From positions 248,001-312,000 of the forward strand of contig NC_079240.1 in assembly GCF_027921745.1 (NCBI RefSeq): a DNA stretch of 64,000 nucleotides. The letters run 5' to 3'. Under the pieces are notes generated by a model. The model saw only the letters and a list, made by a program, of their open reading frames with translations. It was not told where the DNA came from and did not search any database. Below, one piece after another: positions 57,806-64,000 of this stretch (within the stretch, counting starts at the first letter, position 1; every line of letters starts with the position of its first letter). The position numbers and the translations under genes are program-made. The stretch is from Schizosaccharomyces osmophilus (taxonomy: Eukaryota).

Positions 57806-60222
57806 ATGGAGCACTACGTTACCATTGCATCTTGGTATGAATTGAGCTTTGAGAATAATACACACTTTTTCTACTATCATCTCTACTCCATAAAAAAAAT
57901 ATATAACAAATTCTCACCATTCATTTAGTCAGCTGAATCAATGGGCTCTTGATTTTGAAGGGAACCGGGATAGAATCATTGAATCAATCAAGCAAGCGAA
58001 GGAACAAAAGGCTCGTCTTCGCCTTGGTCCTGAGTTGGAAATAACGTATGTCACATCAGTTGAATGTTTTGATTTGCATTTAGGCGTTGCAGTTTTCTTG
58101 ATGTAACTAACATGCTACAGTGGTTATGGATGCGAAGATCATTTTCTTGAAACCGATACTTATACCCATTCATGGGAAATGCTTTGCTGGATTATAAAGC
58201 ATCCCAATTGCCAAGATATTTTACTTGATATTGGAATGCCTGTCATGCACAAGTCAGTACGCCATAATTGTCGTATCATAGCTTTGGATGGAAAAATCTT
58301 ATTGATCCGACCTAAATTATGGCTTTGCGATGATGGAAATTTTCGTGAATCTCGCTGGTTCACTCCTTGGTTACGTCCTCGTGTCGTTGAATCATTCTAC
58401 TTACCCACCTCGGTTGGTGAATCACTCGGTCAAAAGCAAGTTCCCATTGGCGATGCTATTCTTCAGTGTAAAGATACCGTTGTAGGCATTGAGACTTGCG
58501 AGGAATTATTTACCCCTGACAGCCCTCATGTGGATATGGCCCTAGACGGTGTAGAAGTATTTTTGAACGCCTCTGGTTCGCATCACGAGCTTCGAAAACT
58601 ATCCACACGTTACAGGCTCATCCAAAACTCCACGCAAAAATGTGGTGGTATTTACTTGTATAGCAACCAAAGAGGCTGCGATGGTGGTCGCTTGTACTAC
58701 GACGGATGCGCTATGATCCTTGCTAACGGAGAACTGCTAGCTCAGGGTAGTCAATTTAGTTTAAGAGATGTAGAAGTCGTTTCAGCTACGGCTAATGTTG
58801 ATAAAGTTCGCTCAAACAGATTTCAACCCTCGCACGGATTACAAGGAATTACTCGCCCTTCATACGAGCGTATATATGTCGACTTTAGCCTTAGTTCATT
58901 TAAACAGAACTTTGACATGCACAACAAGCCTACCGAAGAAAGACCCATTCGTATAGTTTCTCCTCAGGAAGAGATTGCATATGGTCCAGCCTGCTGGCTT
59001 TGGGACTACTTGAGAAGATCCCGTTCAGGTGGATTCTTTTTACCCTTGAGTGGTGGTTTAGATTCAGCTTCTAGTGCTGTGATTGTTCATAGCATGTGTA
59101 GAATTGTTACGAATGCTATCAAAGATAATGGTAAGTTTGAACACTTTCTGACTCATTCTAACAGTTGCAGACCAAACAGTTTTAGCTGATGTTCGTCGTA
59201 TTGTCGGTCAACAAGATTACTCCTCAACTTGTCCCAGGGAGCTTGCTAGTCATATATTCTACACAACTTTTATGGGCTCTGAAAATTCTTCTAAAGAGAC
59301 AAGAAACCGTGCTAAGGAGTTATCTTCCCTTATTGGATCATACCATGTGGATTTGAGTATCGATACAATGACTCGTGCGGTTGTAAGCCTATTCGGCATG
59401 GTAACAGGAAAAACTCCTCAATTTCGTTCCCATGGCGGCTCTACTGCCGAGAATTTAGCTTTACAAAATATCCAAGCAAGATCAAGAATGCTTTTAGCCT
59501 ATTTGTTTGCTCAACTTTTACCATGGGTTCGTGGTTATTCGGGATCTTTGCTCGTGTTGGGTAGTTCTAATGTTGATGAATGGTACGGAAAAAAAATAAT
59601 GTTCTTCATATCTCTAATATTTTAGTTTACGTGGATATCTCACCAAGTACGATTGCTCTAGTGCTGATATCAACCCCATTGGTGGAATCTCAAAAACTGA
59701 TCTAAAATCATTCTTAGAATTTACCAAGGATGAATTTGATCTACCAATCCTCCAAAACTTTTTGGATGCTACTCCAACTGCTGAGTTGGAACCCACCACT
59801 AGTAATTATGTTCAGAGTGATGAAGCTGATATGGGAATGACTTATCCCGAACTTAGCATGTTTGGAAAGCTTAGAAAGATTGGAAAGTGTGGCCCCTTGA
59901 GTATGTTTAATGAATTAATTCATAAATGGGGTGATCACCTTTCTCCTACTGAGGTTTGTACCTAGCTTGCATGATGCTTTTACTAATGCATATTTAGATT
60001 GCTGCTAAAGTGAAGCGCTTCTTCTATTACTACGGTATTAACCGTCATAAAATGACCACCCTCACACCTAGTTATCATGCCGAGACTTATGGAGTTGACG
60101 ATAATCGTTATGATCTAAGGCAATTTTTATATCCCTCTTGGACATGGCAAAACAAGAGGATTGATGATGTTGCTGCCAAGTATGAAGAACATGAAAGGAT
60201 GAATAAAGGACAAGCACAATAA
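57806..60222 (+). CDS. qns1: Glutamine-dependent NAD+ synthetase; exons 57806-57834, 57929-58045, 58121-59130, 59171-59582, 59626-59953, 59998-60222
   Basis: [47 protein letters not shown] and TKYDCSSAD. Five introns keep the frame. Confidence 0.95.
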
Positions 60223-60455
60223 ATTAATTTGTTTACGTCGTACTAAAAAAACTTTTGTATTAAATAAATACGTTAGCAATCTTCTTTTTCTTCTAATTTT
60301 TAAGATGTATTTTATGAAAAATAGCATGGTTGTACTCGTAGCTCACCAATTCTACCTTTTTCTAAGTCAAGGCGTTTTGTACCAGCAACTACTAAGTGTG
60401 TTAGAGTTGACGAGCCTCTCATTAATGAAGATTATTTTTTTCTGTACTTCCTTTC

Positions 60456-63307
60456 ATGAATTGTTCAATTTCCTTAAAAAATACAAGGTCATGTTTTGTT
60501 AATATACCGGATTCCTTGTTACTGCGGCTGAATGGGCCTTTACAAGAGTACGCAGCTTGCTTGAAGGTTTCAACAACTATAGATGGTGAAGACTCGACAA
60601 ATACTTACTTTTTTGGTATTTCCGGCTTACCTTCTTCCTCTTCAACGCATGAAATTGTCGAAATTGATTCTGTTTACGCTCATGTTCTAGGATTAGCTGA
60701 GTCTGAAAGGGTATGCCCATAAGACTATGATTCACGTTTCTAACAATATTAAAGGTTCATTTATTATTGATCAAAGTTGATAATATAATTCAAAAACTCG
60801 AGATAAAACCTGATACTCCTGACGATTGGGAAATTGCAGAACAAAATGCAAGTTGGCTAGAAATAAATTTCTTTAATAGTTACCGCATTATAAGCAGGAA
60901 CAAGTTTCTTATCTTTCTACCTTCAGGAACTTCGATTACGTTCCAGGTGGTGAATGCTGAACCCAACTTCCATCATTGTGGACGTTTGAGTCCCTCTTCA
61001 GAAGTGCTCGTTTCTCCAATCATTAGAGAAAAGGTAAGTGAAAATAACTCAGAACTTACTTTAAGGGCTGTGGTTGAAAACGATCTTGTACCAAAGAACG
61101 ACACCATTAGTCCTCCCGAGCTCTGTATATATATGCCTCGAGTGCTTGAATGTACAGCAGATTCTGTCTTTATAGAACCTTTAAGATCTAGTTTATCCTC
61201 TCCTTTAGTTGTTCGCGTAATTCAACTTCCTTTTCAATGGCCTGGACAATTCTTCATATCGATAAGTTTAGCTTCGTCTTATAATTTTTTCACTGGGCAG
61301 CTTTTTAGGATTTGGCCTGCTAATATTGGGACGATGCCCTCAAAATTCAGTCTACGCCCGCTGAATCAACAGAGTACGGAGGAGTCTGTTGTTACTTTAG
61401 TTACTTCAAGGATCAAACAGTCATATCTAATGAATGGAATGGATTTGCATATTCCTGATTTGAATGCTCTGTACTCGGTAGAGGGTCGCACAGGTTACGT
61501 TGAAAATGAGAAGAACATTGCTGTAGAGTCCAATGCTTTGTCCTTCGATGCAAATGGAGGAATTGCCTATAGTAAAACAGGAAGAGCACCTAACCCTTTC
61601 CAAGAGTTAATGGATAGCATTCGAACATCGACAAATTTTGGATACAATGTTTTAGTCAATGGCATTAAGGGATCAGGTAAAACAACTTTATTGAGATCTT
61701 TATTTCAAAACTGCTGCTCTTCTACTGTGTTTCACACTGAATATATTTCCTGTACTGACCTGAGCTTAACTTCATTTAGTAAGTTTGCAGGATTTTGGGA
61801 CGAACTGATATTTAAATCGGTAACATATGGTCCCACTGTCATTTTTTTGGACGATTTTGATATTTTTTGGAACTCTGAAAATGAAAGTGATGAATTGTCA
61901 TTTGTTTCAGAAAGGCAGGTTCAGTACTTTATTGAAAGGCTATCATATCTAAAGTCTGAGAAAGATGTTATGATAATTGCAACTGTTCAGAATTTTGCCA
62001 AACTACCCACTGATTTGAAATCACGGTTTTTTTTTCAACAGCGCGCGTCTATCCCTGCGATGGCGTATAAAGGTCGTGAAGAGATGCTGAACTTTTTCTT
62101 AAAAAATTTAAATCAAGCTCTCCCAAAAAATTGTTTGCAGACTATGTCAAAAAAGACCGATGGTTTTACCCTTCTGGATCTATCGCTAGTAACAAAACGT
62201 GTATATAGTGAACTAGCTTTGCTAGATTCACTGGAGGATATTGGTAAAGTCAATGAAAGCATAGAATCTGTCCTGAAAGGATATGTTCCATTACATACAA
62301 GAAAAACACAGTTTGTCAAGTATGACATTGACTGGAATAGTGTCACGGGAATGCAGGATGCTAAACTGGTCTTGCAAGAAATTATAGAATCCCCAGTGAA
62401 GTACCATGCTATTTATAAACAATGTTCTTTACGACTTCCTACTGGAGTCCTATTGTATGGGTACTCAGGTTGCGGTAAAACACATCTGGCGTTTTCTATT
62501 TCAAATGCATTTCCAGTGCAGTTAATTAGCATCAAAGGCCCGGAAATTTTGGATAAGTATATTGGAAGTTCAGAACAAGCAATTAGAAATTTATTTGAAA
62601 GGGCACAGTTAGCTAAACCCTGTGTGCTGTTTTTTGACGAATTTGATTCCATCGCACCACGAAGAGGTCAGGACAGTACCGGTGTTACGGATCGTGTGGT
62701 AAATCAACTTCTTACTCAGTTAGATGGCGCTGAACAATATGAAGGTGTTTATGTTGTGGCGGCAACAACTCGGCCTGACATGATTGATCCTGCATTGTTA
62801 CGTCCGGGTCGGTTGGACAAGTTGGTATTTTGTGATCTACCAGATGAAAAGGAAAGAATGGAGTATTTTATGAATATGCTGGACAAATATCAGATTGCTG
62901 ATAAGTCATTCGTGTGTGACCTAGTCCCCCAAACAGATGGCTACTCATACGCAGATCTATCCGCTATATTCACAGAGGCTCATCTAATTGCCGTACACCA
63001 ATACTTGGAAAAAGAAAAATTATTTCCCTTAGAGGAAGACGGTTTTAAGAATCCAGCGGATTTGTCTAGAGAGAATGTGACGGACACAACGATGTTAACC
63101 TCGGGGAATGAAGAAACGACCCGTGGTTTAAGGAATTTTGAAATTAATAAAGAATGTATTATCAACGCCTTCAAGAATACCAACTCTAGTATATCTGAGG
63201 AGGAGTACAGCAAGTTGGCGTCCATTTATAAACAGTACGCGTATACCGGTTTAAATATAAAAAAAGAAAATGTCAAAAATACTGGATCTAAAACACGACA
63301 AGCATAA
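60456..63307 (+). CDS. pex1: Peroxisomal AAA ATPase Pex1; exons 60456-60710, 60755-63307
   Basis: PDDWEI N-domain, D1 GSGKT, D2 GYSGCGKT/FFDEFD and RGQDSTGVTDRVVNQ. Confidence 0.93.
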
Positions 63308-63416
63308 AATCTTAGCTATCTTACTGATGAAATGTTCTCAAAAAAATCGGCTTTACCCTTCCTCTTCACGGACTCACTTGACATACCCAAGTGCAACGTT
63401 TAGGGGAATCGCTTGC

Positions 63417-64000
63417 ATGTCTAAAATGACAGACGATCGAGTACCAGAGAATGTAATTGAAAAGGATACTCCTCCTTTAAAAAAACTAAAAAGTAAGTAT
63501 TTCCTTGCTGTGTCCAGGAATTTTTCTAACTGTTTTATTAGGACAGAACCAGTCTTCGTCATTATTGGAGAATATTCCTGACGCTGCAAAATATCGACGT
63601 TCTTTTATGCATAAAGACACTCTACATTCATGTTATTCTACGAAAAATAATCTCATTTTAACGATCAGTTATGATGGTCATGTCAAGTTTTGGCATAAGA
63701 CAACTGATGGGATAGAATATATAAAAGATTTTCCTGCACATAATGGGAAAATGATTTCTACTAACTTAAGTAAGAATGAAAGAATTCTTTCTACTTGTGC
63801 TGATGATAATACTATAAAGGTATTTGATGTTGAAGGCATTGATATGGTAAATATCATTGATTTAGAGTTTCTACCAAACGATCTAGTTTCGTTTAGTACA
63901 CCTTCCATGAGAGAAGAAATGCTAGCGGTTTCTGATGCCAATTCGCCATTGGTGTATTTGTTTGATTTGGAGGGCGATGGTAATGTTCTTTACAGTGTAA
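63417..64000 (+). CDS. cyp9: WD40-repeat cyclophilin (PPWD1-like), 5' part, runs off the window; exons 63417-63492, 63542->64000
   Basis: Absent from the ORF track. The spliced frame reads IPDAAKYRRSFMHKD..DGHVKFWHK..GIEYIKDF..IKVFDVEGIDMVNII. Confidence 0.88.

Noticed and set aside
61830..61870. Non-canonical Walker B (LDDFD) in Pex1 D1
   Set aside because: A degenerate first AAA ring is normal for Pex1/Pex6.
1..64000. CRISPR arrays, transposons, LTRs and rDNA
   Set aside because: Eukaryotic euchromatin; no repeat-spacer array, transposase/RT motif or rRNA sequence recognised.

Overview
Eukaryotic, gene-dense window from a fission yeast. It is a Schizosaccharomyces species other than S. 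pombe, most likely of the octosporus/cryophilus/osmophilus clade; the species cannot be fixed from sequence alone. Gene content matches, from recall, the S. pombe chromosome III cosmids SPCC794-SPCC553-SPCC736. Order: DHA1 MFS transporter, Mae1-like TDT transporter, lat1, efr3, EF1A, a spliced DUF2419/QNG1-like gene, ugp1-like UGPase paralogue, ent3, mae2, a multipass membrane protein, toa2, a GPI-type cell-surface protein, spb70, ria1, kpa1, swp1, mrps8, tRNA-Phe(GAA), tfx1, cbf11, uri1, mitochondrial AspRS, gma12, mitochondrial PheRS, an orphan, dbl2, qns1, pex1 and the 5' part of cyp9. I reconstructed the short introns by hand; the ORF track splits or misses these genes. The mrps8..cyp9 block appears inverted relative to S. 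pombe. Best leads: (1) a lone 6-codon uORF (MPINPF*) in an otherwise AUG-free ~950-nt leader of the DHA1 transporter, resembling the polyamine-sensing HOL1 uORF; (2) a divergent queuosine-salvage hydrolase paralogue head-to-head with EF1A; (3) hairpin clusters either side of gma12 that look like unannotated structured RNAs, one H/ACA-like; (4) a 6-nt microexon in toa2; (5) an F-box-like/ankyrin-like orphan. No transposon, LTR, rDNA or CRISPR was recognised. All orthology is from motif recognition and recalled synteny, not database searches.
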